Shown piece after piece: positions 8,926 to 18,987 of a stretch of 64,000 nucleotides of DNA. Location: contig JBCCHT010000024.1 in NCBI GenBank assembly GCA_039028615.1, positions 96,001-160,000 of the forward strand, given 5' to 3'. Position 1 is the stretch's first letter. Every line of letters begins with the position of its first letter. Under the pieces are notes generated by a model, which searched no databases, was not told the origin of the DNA, and worked only from the letters and a program-made list of their open reading frames with translations. The position numbers and the translations under genes are program-made. Source of the stretch: Myxococcota bacterium (GTDB lineage: Bacteria > Myxococcota_A > Polyangia > Nannocystales > Nannocystaceae).

Positions 8926-10185
8926 GTGACGAGTCCGAATTGTGTTGCTTTCGATCCGCAGCGGGCCCTGGCCGCCCATCGCCATGAATTCGGAGAGCAT
9001 GGTGGCGTGAACATGTCGGTCGAGGTCAGCACGACCTTCACCGTGATGGCGCCGGGGACCATGCCCGAGATCTTCGCGGGGCAGCGCGGTCCCGAGGCGG
9101 GCGGCTGCTACCTGTACGGACGTCACTTCAATCCCACCGTGCATGCGCTGGCGAGCGAGCTGGCTGCGATGGAGGGCACGGAGGCCGCGTACTGCACGGC
9201 CTCCGGGATGTCGGCCATCGTCGGCGCGCTGTTGCAGCTGTGTCATCAGGGCAGCTCGATCGTCGCAGGCCACGGAATCTACGGCGGCACCTTTGCCTTA
9301 CTGGCTGAGTTCTTGCCCAAGCGCTGCGGCATCGAGACGACCTTCGTCGACACCTGCGATCTCGAAGCGGTCGACGCAGCCTTGGCCACGGGGGCGAAGG
9401 TGCTCTACGTCGAGACGCTGGCCAACCCCACGCTGCGGGTCGCGGACATTCCCGCCCTGGCCGAGTGCGCCCATCGCCACGGGGCCAAGCTGGTGGTCGA
9501 CAACACCTTCTGCCCGCTGGTGGTGTCGCCGGCCCGGCTCGGGGCCGACGTGGTGGTGCACAGCCTGACCAAGTTCATCAACGGCAGCTCCGACGCCATC
9601 GGCGGGGTCATCTGTGGCTCGCGCGAGTTCGTGGGCAGCCTGATGGATCTGCACGACGGGGCGCTGATGCTCATGGGGCCGACCATGGATCCCCGCGTCG
9701 CGTCGCAGATGAGCCTGCGCTTGCCTCATCTGGGCCTGCGCATGACCGAGCACTGTCGTCGCGCTCAGATCTTCGCGCAGCGCCTGCACGAGCTCGGGCT
9801 CCCGGTCATTCATCCCGCGCTGCCGCATCATCCCCAGCACGCGCTGCTCCGCCGTCTCGCCAACGATGGGATCGGCCTGTGTGGGCTCTTGGCGCTGGAG
9901 CTCCCCGATGCCGACATCGCCGCCCGGCTCATGGACGAGCTGCAGAATGCCCAGCGCTTTGGCTACATCGCGGTGAGCCTCGGCTATCACGACACGCTGA
10001 TGTCGTGCTCGGCCGCGTCGACCTCCAGCGAACTCGATCCGCAGAGCCTACAGCGGGCGGGCATCTCTGCCGGCCTGCTGCGGCTGTCGATCGGCTACAC
10101 CGGCACGCTGGAGGATCGCTGGGCTCAGCTCCTGGCCGGGCTGCGGGCGGTCGGCCTGCTCGACGCGACCACTACGGGATGCTGA
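8926..10185 (+). CDS. PLP-dependent Cys/Met metabolism enzyme, probable methionine gamma-lyase
   Basis: YGRHFNPT, ASGMSAI, YGGT, ETLANP, VVDNTF, HSLTKF (PLP Lys), VSLG, LLRLSIG. Confidence 0.9.
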   Translation: MTSPNCVAFDPQRALAAHRHEFGEHGGVNMSVEVSTTFTVMAPGTMPEIFAGQRGPEAGGCYLYGRHFNPTVHALASELAAMEGTEAAYCTASGMSAIVGALLQLCHQGSSIVAGHGIYGGTFALLAEFLPKRCGIETTFVDTCDLEAVDAALATGAKVLYVETLANPTLRVADIPALAECAHRHGAKLVVDNTFCPLVVSPARLGADVVVHSLTKFINGSSDAIGGVICGSREFVGSLMDLHDGALMLMGPTMDPRVASQMSLRLPHLGLRMTEHCRRAQIFAQRLHELGLPVIHPALPHHPQHALLRRLANDGIGLCGLLALELPDADIAARLMDELQNAQRFGYIAVSLGYHDTLMSCSAASTSSELDPQSLQRAGISAGLLRLSIGYTGTLEDRWAQLLAGLRAVGLLDATTTGC

Positions 10186-10957
10186 GCTGCACCGTGGTGC
10201 AATCGAGGGGGAACTCGATCGGCGTCTCCACCCGGACGATCGAATCCTCGATCGGGTAGGCGTCGTTGATGCACCAGCCGTCCTCCTCGGGCTCGCACTC
10301 GCACGAACCCCGGTTGCCGCACTCCAGCTGCGTGCCATAGCTGACCATCAGGTCCACGGTACCCGGCGCGGGCACGATGGCGGCGCGGCACTCCGTCAGC
10401 CCTTCGCACATGCCCGCCGCGCAGCTGTCCGGCATCTCGGTGAACTCCCACAATAGGCCCGGCCACTCGAGCGGGTAGGTGGCGCCGGGCGACAGCGAGA
10501 CGGTGGCGGCGATGGGGCAGTCCGCGAGGCAGCCGCACTCGTCGAGCATGGCGCCTTCGCAGGTCGGGATGCACTTGTCACCCGGCCACCAGCTGCCTTC
10601 GGCGTCGCTCACGGCCAGGTGCTCTCGGGTGCATCCGCCGGAGTTGGTCAGGTGAATGGTGCGGTCGCTGGTGTTGGTGACGAGGACGACGGCGGGCACG
10701 TACTCCCCGGGGCCGACGAAGGCCTCGCACTCTTCGGGGACGTCGGTCGGGGGCTCCCACAGCGGCACGGGCTCGGCCATGCACTCGAGGGGATCGCCGG
10801 TCTCGTCGGCGACGCTGGTCGCCCCGTCGAGCCCCGTGGACGCGTCGCCACCCGTACCGCCCGATGCCGCTCCCGAGCCTTGTTCTTCCGCGGGGCGATC
10901 GACGCACGCGAAGCAGAGAAGACCGGAGAGCGGGAGGAGTCGGTGTAGGCGAAGCAT
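10172..10957 (-). CDS. Cys-rich lipoprotein, hypothetical
   Basis: MLRLHRLLPLSGLLCFAC lipobox, Gly/Thr/Asp linker and many Cys. Confidence 0.8.
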   Translation of the reverse strand: MLRLHRLLPLSGLLCFACVDRPAEEQGSGAASGGTGGDASTGLDGATSVADETGDPLECMAEPVPLWEPPTDVPEECEAFVGPGEYVPAVVLVTNTSDRTIHLTNSGGCTREHLAVSDAEGSWWPGDKCIPTCEGAMLDECGCLADCPIAATVSLSPGATYPLEWPGLLWEFTEMPDSCAAGMCEGLTECRAAIVPAPGTVDLMVSYGTQLECGNRGSCECEPEEDGWCINDAYPIEDSIVRVETPIEFPLDCTTVQLSIP

Positions 10958-11094
10958 CGGCAGGTGAAAGACTGTGCAAACGATGTGCCGCGGGATCAAC
11001 GTGCATTGTCGGGCATTCGTGGGAGACGACGCCATGCGATCGCCAACCGGGTTGGCCACGGTGCTCGAATTCGGCGCAGTGCTATCGTGGGTCG

Positions 11095-12813
11095 GTGGTG
11101 AAGAGAATTGGGTTGATCTGCATGCTCGGGGTCGGTTGTTCCACCAACGACCTCCCGCCCGTGACGGGCACCGAGGGGGATGCGAGCACCCAGGCGGAGC
11201 CGAGCACCACGGGCAGCGACGTCGCCGACGAGACGGGCAGCGACGAGGGCACGAGCGACACCGAAGGTCCGGGGCCGACCGGGGCGCTCGAGTTCAATCC
11301 ACCCGGCGGCGTGTTCTTTGCGCCCTTCGATCTCGAGATCACCACGGTGCTCGAGGGGACGATCCGCTACACCGAAGACGGCAGCGCCCCGACGGCGGCG
11401 TCGCCCGAGTGGGGCGGCACCCGGTCGATCGACGCCACCACCCACCTTCGGGCCGCGGTGTTCGCCGACGGTGAAGCGACGGCGCCCCGCTCGGCCGCGT
11501 ACCTGCGGGCGGAGCAGGGGCTCTCGCACGCTTCCAACCTGCCCATCGTGGTGATCGAGACCTGGGATCAGCAGGACCTCATCGACGATCCCGAGCGACC
11601 TCGCGACTTTCACCCGGTGTACGGCATCTTCTTCGACGTCGACGACGCGGGCCAGGCCTCCATCGACAGCCCCCCGAGCTTCGCGGGGCGGGGGGGCATG
11701 CACATCCGGGGCAACAGCACCGTCGAGTACCCCAAAAAGCAGTACAACCTCGAGATCCGCCACGAAGACGACAGCGATCGGGCGGTCGCGTTGCTGGGCA
11801 TGCCGGAGGAGAGCGACTGGGTGTTGCACGCGCCCTTCTCCGACAAGACGCTGATGAGGAACTACCTCATCTACCGCTGGTCCAATCGCATCGGCCGCTA
11901 CGCCGCCCGTACCCGCTTCATCGAGGTCTATATCGACGAGGACGGCAGCCTCGGCCCCGACGACTACGTCGGCGTCTACGCGTGGATGGAGAAGGTCAAG
12001 GTCGACGGCCAGCGGGTGGCCATCGACCGGCTCGAGCCGGGGGACAACGAGCTCCCCGCGGTGAGCGGGGGCTACCTGCTGCAGCGAGACTGGGTCGGCG
12101 AGGAGCCCGAGCTCACCCTCACCACCGCGACCTACGACGACACCCTCTTGTTCAAGTCGCCCAAGCACGACGCGGCGACCCAGCCCCAGATCGACTTCAT
12201 CACCGACTACCTCGACCAGTTCGAGGGCGCGCTGTCGGGCCCTTCCTTCGACGACCCGGAGACCGGCTACGCGCAGTACATCGACGTCGACTCGTTCATC
12301 GATCACCACCTGCTGGTCGAGCTGGGCCGCAACGTCGATGGCTATGTGCTGAGTACCTTCATGCACAAGCCGCGCGAAGGGAAGCTCAACATGGGTCCCG
12401 TGTGGGACTACAACGGGGCGCTGGGTAACGCCGACTACTTCGAGGCCGATGATCCCGAAGGCTGGCACTTCGACAACCCAGAGTTCCCCGCCGACAACCC
12501 CAACGGCTACCACTGGTATGCGCGGCTATTCGAGGACCCCGCGTTCGCGGCCCGCTATGCACAGCGGTGGCAAGAGCTGCGAGCGGGGCCGCTGTCGAAC
12601 GAGAGCCTCCTCCAGGACGTCGAAGACGCGGCCACCGTGCTCGAGGCGGGCGGTGCCGTCGATCGCAACTTCGAGCGCTGGCCCGTGCTGGGCGAGAGCA
12701 TCTGGCCCAACGATCCGGGCGCCGAGGACCGCCAGACCTACGAGGACGAGATTGCCTACCTCCAGGCCTGGTTGACGGCTCGGCTCGCGTGGATGGACTC
12801 GCAGCTGCTCTAG
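11095..12813 (+). CDS. CotH kinase family lipoprotein with a chitobiase/Fn3-associated domain
   Basis: Lipobox LGVGC; IRYTEDGSAPT domain; IRGNST..YPKKQY, LLGMPEESDWVL, DKTLMRN, GPVWDY. Confidence 0.92.
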   Translation: MVKRIGLICMLGVGCSTNDLPPVTGTEGDASTQAEPSTTGSDVADETGSDEGTSDTEGPGPTGALEFNPPGGVFFAPFDLEITTVLEGTIRYTEDGSAPTAASPEWGGTRSIDATTHLRAAVFADGEATAPRSAAYLRAEQGLSHASNLPIVVIETWDQQDLIDDPERPRDFHPVYGIFFDVDDAGQASIDSPPSFAGRGGMHIRGNSTVEYPKKQYNLEIRHEDDSDRAVALLGMPEESDWVLHAPFSDKTLMRNYLIYRWSNRIGRYAARTRFIEVYIDEDGSLGPDDYVGVYAWMEKVKVDGQRVAIDRLEPGDNELPAVSGGYLLQRDWVGEEPELTLTTATYDDTLLFKSPKHDAATQPQIDFITDYLDQFEGALSGPSFDDPETGYAQYIDVDSFIDHHLLVELGRNVDGYVLSTFMHKPREGKLNMGPVWDYNGALGNADYFEADDPEGWHFDNPEFPADNPNGYHWYARLFEDPAFAARYAQRWQELRAGPLSNESLLQDVEDAATVLEAGGAVDRNFERWPVLGESIWPNDPGAEDRQTYEDEIAYLQAWLTARLAWMDSQLL

Positions 12814-12834
12814 CGCGCCGAGCGGGCGCGGGAC

Positions 12835-13824
12835 TCAGCTCCAGACGAGCTGGTAGCGCATCGAGTGGCCGATGCGCTCCGAGAACCGCCGCACCGACTT
12901 GGAGGCCATCTTCTCGCTGAGGCCTACCGGGATCTTGGTGGTGAGCCAGGCGCCGAAGCTCTGGGTCTCGCCGGTCATCGCACGCTTGGGCGGTGCGGGC
13001 TGGTACTCGATCTTGGCCGAGCGCTTGCCCGCGCGGGCGAGCAGGTCGAACAGGTCGCGGAACACGATGAACGCGGTGTCGTTCTGGTGCGTCGACCAGT
13101 TGGCCACGGGGAGGAAATCGACCAGGTGGATGAGCTGGAAGTTCAGCTGCACCCAGAACTCCTCGGCGCTCATGGTGATGGGGAGATTGTCGATGACCCG
13201 GTGGAAGCGGACCGACTCCAGCGTGTCGAGGCGCGAGAGGTTGGACCGGAGCTCTCGGCGCAGCGGCAGGTCGTAGAGCAGACGCAGGATCGAGGGGAAG
13301 GCCTCGACGTGGGTCCACTCGAAGGGCGTCATCAGCTTGCGCAGGGCGGGGATCTTGCTCGCCTCCATCGCAAAGGTGTTGGTGCCCGTGCCCAGGATCG
13401 AGTGCAGCAACAGAACGATGGGCGAGTAGTCGGGGAAGTGCTGGGTGCCGTACTCGAAGCAGAAGTACAGGTGATCGAGGAACGAGCCGTCGGCATGCTC
13501 CACGTCGAAGTCGCACTCCTCGACCATGAAACGCATCAGCTCGGGGTCGACGGGCGGCAGCGGGTGCTTGTCGCGAGCGGCGTCGTAGGCTGCCTGGACC
13601 TGCTCGGCGGCGGCCTTGTCCCAGTGGGCTTCCTTGGCCACCCGAGTGCGCATCACGAACCTCGATGCGGTGCCCTCCAGTGTGTTGAAGATCGTGCGGT
13701 CGAGGTCGAAGTTGGGAATCGGCTCGATGCGGACGACGCCCCGGTGGTCGTAGGCGCGGCCATTGGCGATGGCGGCTTTGCGGTGAAGGCTCGGGTCCGG
13801 GCGCTCTTCGGCGTTCTGCTTCAT
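12835..13824 (-). CDS. Hypothetical protein with a DUF6817-like HD-related motif
   Basis: HADGSFLDHL...LLHSILGT pattern; typical high-GC codon usage. Confidence 0.7.
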   Translation of the reverse strand: MKQNAEERPDPSLHRKAAIANGRAYDHRGVVRIEPIPNFDLDRTIFNTLEGTASRFVMRTRVAKEAHWDKAAAEQVQAAYDAARDKHPLPPVDPELMRFMVEECDFDVEHADGSFLDHLYFCFEYGTQHFPDYSPIVLLLHSILGTGTNTFAMEASKIPALRKLMTPFEWTHVEAFPSILRLLYDLPLRRELRSNLSRLDTLESVRFHRVIDNLPITMSAEEFWVQLNFQLIHLVDFLPVANWSTHQNDTAFIVFRDLFDLLARAGKRSAKIEYQPAPPKRAMTGETQSFGAWLTTKIPVGLSEKMASKSVRRFSERIGHSMRYQLVWS

Positions 13825-14043
13825 GGGTCCGGGGCGGACCGTAGCGCGATTGAACACGCGATGCGGCCCCGCCAAATGTGCGTTGAGTCGGGTCTGGGCC
13901 AAACCCTGGCTACACGCCGAGCGACCCGCAAAATCCGTCGTCGTGCGTACCCGTTTCGCCGTTGGCGCAGGTTCGCCGTCGCCGAGGGTCGCTCAGGCGC
14001 CCATTCCGCGAGCTGTCGTGTGAGTGTCTGCGCTGGTCCGGGG

Positions 14044-14982
14044 ATGTATGACACCATCTCCCAAGTGCGGTACGCGACCGTGTTCTTGTCGATCTTCATG
14101 GGGCTGACCGCGTGTCGTGGCGCGGGCGGTACCACCGTTCCCGAGCCGGCCAACGCGGGCGCGGCGGAGCCCGTGTCCGACCTCGAGCATGCCTTCTACG
14201 GGGCGCAGGGCGAGCCCGCGTCGCTCGAGCAGTTCGTGGATGACGTGGCCGACGTCGACTTCATCGGCTTCGGCGAGTTCCACTATCACGCCATCGGTAG
14301 CCAGGTGGAGCTGCAGCTGCTCGAGGCGCTCGCCGACCAGGAACGTCCGATCGCTCTGGCGATGGAGTTCTTCGAGGCCGACACCCAGACCGCGCTCGAC
14401 GACTACCTGGCGGGGCGGATCGAGGAGCCCGAGTTTCTCGAACTCACCAAGCGCAACGAGTACTACGACGACTCTCATCGCCCGCTCGTCGAGTTTTGCA
14501 AGGAGCACTCGATCGACATCATCGCGGCCAACGCTCCGCGCCCGTTGGTGACCGCTTACCGCAAGTCGGGGATGACCTACGAGGAGTACCTCGCGAGCCT
14601 GACCGAGGAAGAGCGCGCCCTGATGCCCGTGTCCTCGGTGCCGCCCGACGACGAGCACAAGCGCCGTTTCATGGAGCTGATGGGTCCCAAGCGAGGACCG
14701 AGCTTCTTCAAGTCGATGGCGCTGTGGAACGACGCGATGGCCGAGTCGGCGGCGAACTATCGCGGGGAGCACCCCGAGCATCGCGTGCTGCTCATCGTGG
14801 GGGCGTTTCACGTCGCGGGGCGGCTCGGCACGATGACCGAGTACGCCGCTCGTCGTCCCGACGACTCCAGTCGAGTGCTGGTGATGACGATCCAAAAAGA
14901 GGGTCCGATGGTGTTCACCGACGAGGATCGGGACGAAGGGGACCTCATCCTCAAGATTCGCATGCCGACGAAGAAGAAGTAG
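14044..14982 (+). CDS. ChaN family (heme/iron-uptake-associated) lipoprotein
   Basis: Lipobox LTAC; GFGEFH, LAMEFF, IIAANAPR, WNDAMA, IVGAFHV. The start may be the GTG at 14065. Confidence 0.88.
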   Translation: MYDTISQVRYATVFLSIFMGLTACRGAGGTTVPEPANAGAAEPVSDLEHAFYGAQGEPASLEQFVDDVADVDFIGFGEFHYHAIGSQVELQLLEALADQERPIALAMEFFEADTQTALDDYLAGRIEEPEFLELTKRNEYYDDSHRPLVEFCKEHSIDIIAANAPRPLVTAYRKSGMTYEEYLASLTEEERALMPVSSVPPDDEHKRRFMELMGPKRGPSFFKSMALWNDAMAESAANYRGEHPEHRVLLIVGAFHVAGRLGTMTEYAARRPDDSSRVLVMTIQKEGPMVFTDEDRDEGDLILKIRMPTKKK

Positions 14983-14984
14983 GG

Positions 14985-15446
14985 CTAGGGCGCGGCCACG
15001 AGCGGGCGGAACTCGGTGATGGCCGTGTCCAGGTCCTGGCTCGCCGCGTCTCCGAGGCCGAGTCCCGCGTCGTCCCGGAGGCGGACCACGGCGTCGAATA
15101 CGGTCTCGGCGAGGACCTCGGGCTCGACCGCGCCCAGCCAGCGACCGCCCAGTCCCACTTCGATGCGGCCTTTGCCCACGCGTCGCAGCTCCAGCTCCAG
15201 CGCCGAATCGGTGCAGACGACGGTCGCCGCCCGCTGCCTCGAGGTGAGCAGGGCGGCGACTTGGTCGAGCAGGCTCGTCGCCATCACGAAGACCATGAAG
15301 GCCTGGTCGGGGCTACGGCCCTCCGAGGTCACCCGGTTGCCATCGACATCGACTCGAAAGTGACCGAGGGCGAAGCCCGAGGGGACCTCGGTGGGCGATG
15401 TCGTGAACTCGAAGGCGAACACGGTGGTCCTTTCCGGGGAGCCCAC
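14985..15446 (-). CDS. Hypothetical protein
   Basis: 3' half of track ORF 14985..15911 has protein-like composition (FAFEFTTS...LGHFRVDVDG...PDQAFMVFVMATSLLDQV). The start codon is uncertain; GTG at 15446 was chosen. Confidence 0.55.
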   Translation of the reverse strand: MGSPERTTVFAFEFTTSPTEVPSGFALGHFRVDVDGNRVTSEGRSPDQAFMVFVMATSLLDQVAALLTSRQRAATVVCTDSALELELRRVGKGRIEVGLGGRWLGAVEPEVLAETVFDAVVRLRDDAGLGLGDAASQDLDTAITEFRPLVAAP

Positions 15447-15474
15447 GAAGTGTAGCCGCGTCGTGACGGCGCGG

Positions 15475-15948
15475 TCACTCCGGGACGTTCCCCGTGCTCT
15501 TTCGCTTGATGTAAAACGTCGGATCGGTACTGCCGCTGCTGCCGGTCGCAGTGATGGCCCACTTGAGCACGTCGCCGACTTCGGCCGGGGGGGTGCAGGC
15601 GAACTTGTCCGTCGACCAGCTGTCGGAGTCGATCGAGACCTTGTTCCCGCCGTTGATGGAGATCTGGATCGTACTGGGCGTGCCGTTGAAGAAGTACATG
15701 TACGTCGTCTCGTTGGCGGTGTGCTTGATCGTGGCGTTGTTCGGGTGCTTGTAGTCACTCGCCGGAGTCGCCGTCGTCGAATACAGGAAGAAGAAGTCGT
15801 CTCCGTCCGGATGAACGAGCACGTAGAGCGAGTTGGCGCCGAGGAAGACGCCGTTGCCCGGAAGACCAGCCGGGTCGTCCTTGCCCGCTGGGGTGACCTT
15901 CGTGGGGTCACCTGGACCCGCGGTTGGGTTGTAGCTCCTATTGGTCAT
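15475..15948 (-). CDS. Small beta-rich hypothetical protein (157 aa)
   Basis: ATG at 15948 after a strong purine RBS (AAGGAAAGGGAAATACG), overlapping the kinase 3' end. MTNRSYNPTAGPGD...TDPTFYIKRKSTGNVPE. Confidence 0.8.
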   Translation of the reverse strand: MTNRSYNPTAGPGDPTKVTPAGKDDPAGLPGNGVFLGANSLYVLVHPDGDDFFFLYSTTATPASDYKHPNNATIKHTANETTYMYFFNGTPSTIQISINGGNKVSIDSDSWSTDKFACTPPAEVGDVLKWAITATGSSGSTDPTFYIKRKSTGNVPE

Positions 15949-18820
15949 CGTATTTCCCTTTCCTTGTGTTGGTCGAAGCATCGAGCCATTGGTCGATCGC
16001 CTCCACGCGATCGACGAGGTCCAAATCCGAGAAGCGTTTGCGAGCGGCGCGGGCGAGCTGCCGAGGGCGCGGGCCCGCGGTTTCGGCTTCCACCAACGCG
16101 CGGGCCAACCCGAACTCCACCTCGGCGACCTCGATGGGCTCACCACCCGAGCCCTCATGGACGGTGAGCGCCCGGGCCAGGTCGTCCACCGCCGCCGCGG
16201 CAGCGCCGGTTGTGAGCCGGGCGAGGCCACGGCCCTTGAGGGGCAGCGCCAGGCGAGGGTGGTCGGGCGTGAGCTCCAAGATCGCCAGCGCACGGTCGAA
16301 TGACTCGATCGCTTCGTTGTGTCGCTCGAGGGCGAGCAGGGTCTCACCGATATTGCTGTGCAGAACGCCGAGCTCTTCGTCCTGGGCATCGAGGATCGAG
16401 CGCTGCAGCGCCAGCGACTCGCGATACGAGGTCAATGCACCCGTGAAGTCCCCCTGGAAGTAGCGCAGCGTTCCCTGGGCATTGAGGGCTTGGCCGGTCA
16501 GCTCGTGGTGACCGAGCTGTTTCGAGAAGTTCGCGAGCACCTCGTCCACCTCGCCGGACGCACGTTCGAAATCCCCCTCCATCATGTGGAGCTTGGCCGA
16601 GGCAAAGAGCGCCCGCGCGGTGGAGGCGTCGTGGGGGCCGAAGGCGGTGGCGAAGACCGACCCGCGATCTTCGAGCCAGGGGCGGGCGCCTTCGATGTCG
16701 CCGCGCTCGAGGGCCAGCACTCCCATCGCCATCTCGATGGTCACTGCGGTCGGGGACCCGGCGCCGAAGCTCTCGACGGCCTCCTCGAGCCCTCGACGAT
16801 AGACGCGCTGGGCTTCGTCGAAGCGGCCGAGGTCGGCGAGCTCGTTGCCGATCTGGAGCTTCAGTGAGTCCGAGGGGAGCACGATGCCGAGCTGCTCGAC
16901 CCGCTGCTCGAGCTGCCGTAGACGCTGCAGCGCTCCCTCGTGATCCGCGGCCGAGCAGTCCGCGCGTGCCTGGAGCTCGAGCATCTGGAGGGCCCGCGGA
17001 TCGTCGGCCTCCGCCACTCTCCCCACGGCGGCGTTCGCATCCGCCAGGACCCATTGCTCGTGACGCGGCTGGGACCACTGGCCCACGAGCTCGTAGGCCA
17101 GGCGCGTACGAGTGGTCGCCACGCGCTCATCGAGCCCATGGGTTCCCGCCCTCCGTGCCACGTCGAGCAGGATCTCGGCCGCCTCGTCGTAGTCGTCGGT
17201 CTCCAGGCGAAGCTCGCCCTCGAGCGACTGGAAGTCGAGGGTGAGAGGGAGATGGTCGAGGGGCTCGATGTCGTCTCGCACGGCCTCGACCAGGCGTTCG
17301 GCCCGCTGCGTGCCGCGAGTCTCGAGCCACGCGCGGGCCCGATCGAGCTCGGCCTGTGCCTGCTCGATGCGAGCGACTCGGGCGGGATCGTCGGGCAGCG
17401 GGAAGCTCCCCGGGTCGGCACACGAGGTCAGGGCGGGCAGACTGGCGAGTAGGCGCTTGGTGCCGCCGACCACCTGCGCGTCGGCTTGCTGGAGCACGTC
17501 GACGATGGCGCCGACCTGTCGACGACGTCGATCGAAGCATGCGGTGCGCCGATCGAGCATGGCTTCGGATTGCACCTCGGTCACGCGGGTGGCTTCGCAG
17601 GCGCGGCGCTGCTCGTCGATGAAGTCTTCGGACCAACGATCGAGCACGCGGGCGACCTGGTCGTGGCTCGCGGCGGCGAACGGGAGTCCCGTGGCCTCGA
17701 ACGCGTCTTTCGTCGCGGCGCGGCGTTCGTCGTCCCAGACCCCGGCCATGACCTCGGAGTCGACCTCGCAGGGGGTCACGGGTGCCTCGAGGCTGGCACT
17801 GCGTAGCGCCAGCGCGCCGACGCCCATGAACGCGGCCGTGCCCACGCCGATGTTCCACCACCGACGTCGGCGTCTCAGGCCGCGCTCGATGATGGCGAGC
17901 AGAGCGTTCATGCCCGCATGTCGGTCTCCCGCGTTGAGCTGCAGACCGCGCTCGAGCGCTCGGCGGAGCCAGCGGGGAATGGCGGGGAAGCCCGAGGGCA
18001 GCGGTGGCGGGGGCGACAGCGTGCCCGACTGCATGGCGAAGAGCAGGGACGCCGCCGTCGAGCCCTGGTAGGGACGCTGCCCCACCAATGCCTCGTGGAA
18101 GGACACGCAGAAGGCGTACTGATCACTCTGGGCGGTCGCGGGCTGCCCGAGCAGCTGCTCGGGAGCCATATAGGCGATGGTCCCGAGGATCGTCCCCGTC
18201 TGGGTGAGGCTCTGCGAGAGCATCGAGCCGCTGGGGGCCGAGGATTCCTGGGTCTCGGCGGCCTCGAGCGGCGAGGTTTCGACGCGATGTCCTTTGACCA
18301 GGCCGAAGTCGAAGACGGTGGCCACCCCCTCGTCGTCGACGAAGCAGTTGGCGGGCTTGAAGTCCCGATGCACGAGCCCGGCGGCGTGAGCCGCAGCGAG
18401 CCCTCGCCCCGCGCCCAGGTAGACCTCCACCACCTCGCGCCAGGGCCGAGGCTCTTCCTGCCACTGCCGCAGCGATCGCCCGCGCAGCAGCTCCATGGCC
18501 ATATAGAGCTCGCCCTCGATCTCGCCCGCGTCGTAGATCTTCACGACGTTGGGGTGCTCGAGCTGGGCCAGCGCCTGGGCCTCGCGAAGCAGCCGAGCGG
18601 CGCCGCCGGGGCCGGGGTGGAGCAGCGCCTTGAGGGCCACGTCTCGGCCCAAGACTTCGTCGTGCGCGTGCATGACGGTGCCCATGGCGCCTTTGCCCAC
18701 GGTCCCACGAATCTCGTAGCGACCGATCTTCCGGGCGCTCAGCGGCTTGCCGAATAGTCGCCGAGCGACCTCGTCTCGCTGAAGCGAGGCCCGGAGCGGG
18801 CGGCCGTGTTCATCGTGCAT
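15938..18820 (-). CDS. Ser/Thr protein kinase with TM helix, Cys-containing domain and TPR repeats
   Basis: GKGAMG, VALK, HRDFKPAN, DFG, GTIAYMAPE; RRRRRWW plus TM; TPRs. Start approximate. Confidence 0.95.
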   Translation of the reverse strand: MHDEHGRPLRASLQRDEVARRLFGKPLSARKIGRYEIRGTVGKGAMGTVMHAHDEVLGRDVALKALLHPGPGGAARLLREAQALAQLEHPNVVKIYDAGEIEGELYMAMELLRGRSLRQWQEEPRPWREVVEVYLGAGRGLAAAHAAGLVHRDFKPANCFVDDEGVATVFDFGLVKGHRVETSPLEAAETQESSAPSGSMLSQSLTQTGTILGTIAYMAPEQLLGQPATAQSDQYAFCVSFHEALVGQRPYQGSTAASLLFAMQSGTLSPPPPLPSGFPAIPRWLRRALERGLQLNAGDRHAGMNALLAIIERGLRRRRRWWNIGVGTAAFMGVGALALRSASLEAPVTPCEVDSEVMAGVWDDERRAATKDAFEATGLPFAAASHDQVARVLDRWSEDFIDEQRRACEATRVTEVQSEAMLDRRTACFDRRRRQVGAIVDVLQQADAQVVGGTKRLLASLPALTSCADPGSFPLPDDPARVARIEQAQAELDRARAWLETRGTQRAERLVEAVRDDIEPLDHLPLTLDFQSLEGELRLETDDYDEAAEILLDVARRAGTHGLDERVATTRTRLAYELVGQWSQPRHEQWVLADANAAVGRVAEADDPRALQMLELQARADCSAADHEGALQRLRQLEQRVEQLGIVLPSDSLKLQIGNELADLGRFDEAQRVYRRGLEEAVESFGAGSPTAVTIEMAMGVLALERGDIEGARPWLEDRGSVFATAFGPHDASTARALFASAKLHMMEGDFERASGEVDEVLANFSKQLGHHELTGQALNAQGTLRYFQGDFTGALTSYRESLALQRSILDAQDEELGVLHSNIGETLLALERHNEAIESFDRALAILELTPDHPRLALPLKGRGLARLTTGAAAAAVDDLARALTVHEGSGGEPIEVAEVEFGLARALVEAETAGPRPRQLARAARKRFSDLDLVDRVEAIDQWLDASTNTRKGKYDDQ

Positions 18821-18987
18821 TCGATCGAGATCACCGTCGGTCGCCGTGCCCAGCGGTAGCGTGCCGGCGTGGCGGCCCCATGACAGTCGCCGGGGGCGCG
18901 TCGATACGCCCCCGTCTTTGACGGTGTCGATCATCTCCCACCCGGCAGTGGGGATGCGACCCAGACTGTTTTGCCGGCCCGAAAATT

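Noticed and set aside
13892..13995. GCCAAACCC...CGCAAAATCC resembling a c-di-GMP-I riboswitch, plus a 9-bp inverted repeat
   Set aside because: There is no GNRA tetraloop or receptor and the P2/P3 pairing is poor. A 9-bp GC-rich inverted repeat can arise by chance here.
12865..14043. 5' part of the 705-aa ORF, suggesting a ChaN fusion
   Set aside because: Antisense shadow of the 12835-13824 gene. The ChaN signal peptide begins near 14044-14065.
14985..15911. Possible frameshifted single gene or pseudogene across 14985-15948
   Set aside because: The 157-aa ORF ends cleanly, and the overlapping 5' part of the 308-aa ORF is low-complexity shadow sequence. Two separate genes is the simpler reading, though the second start is uncertain.
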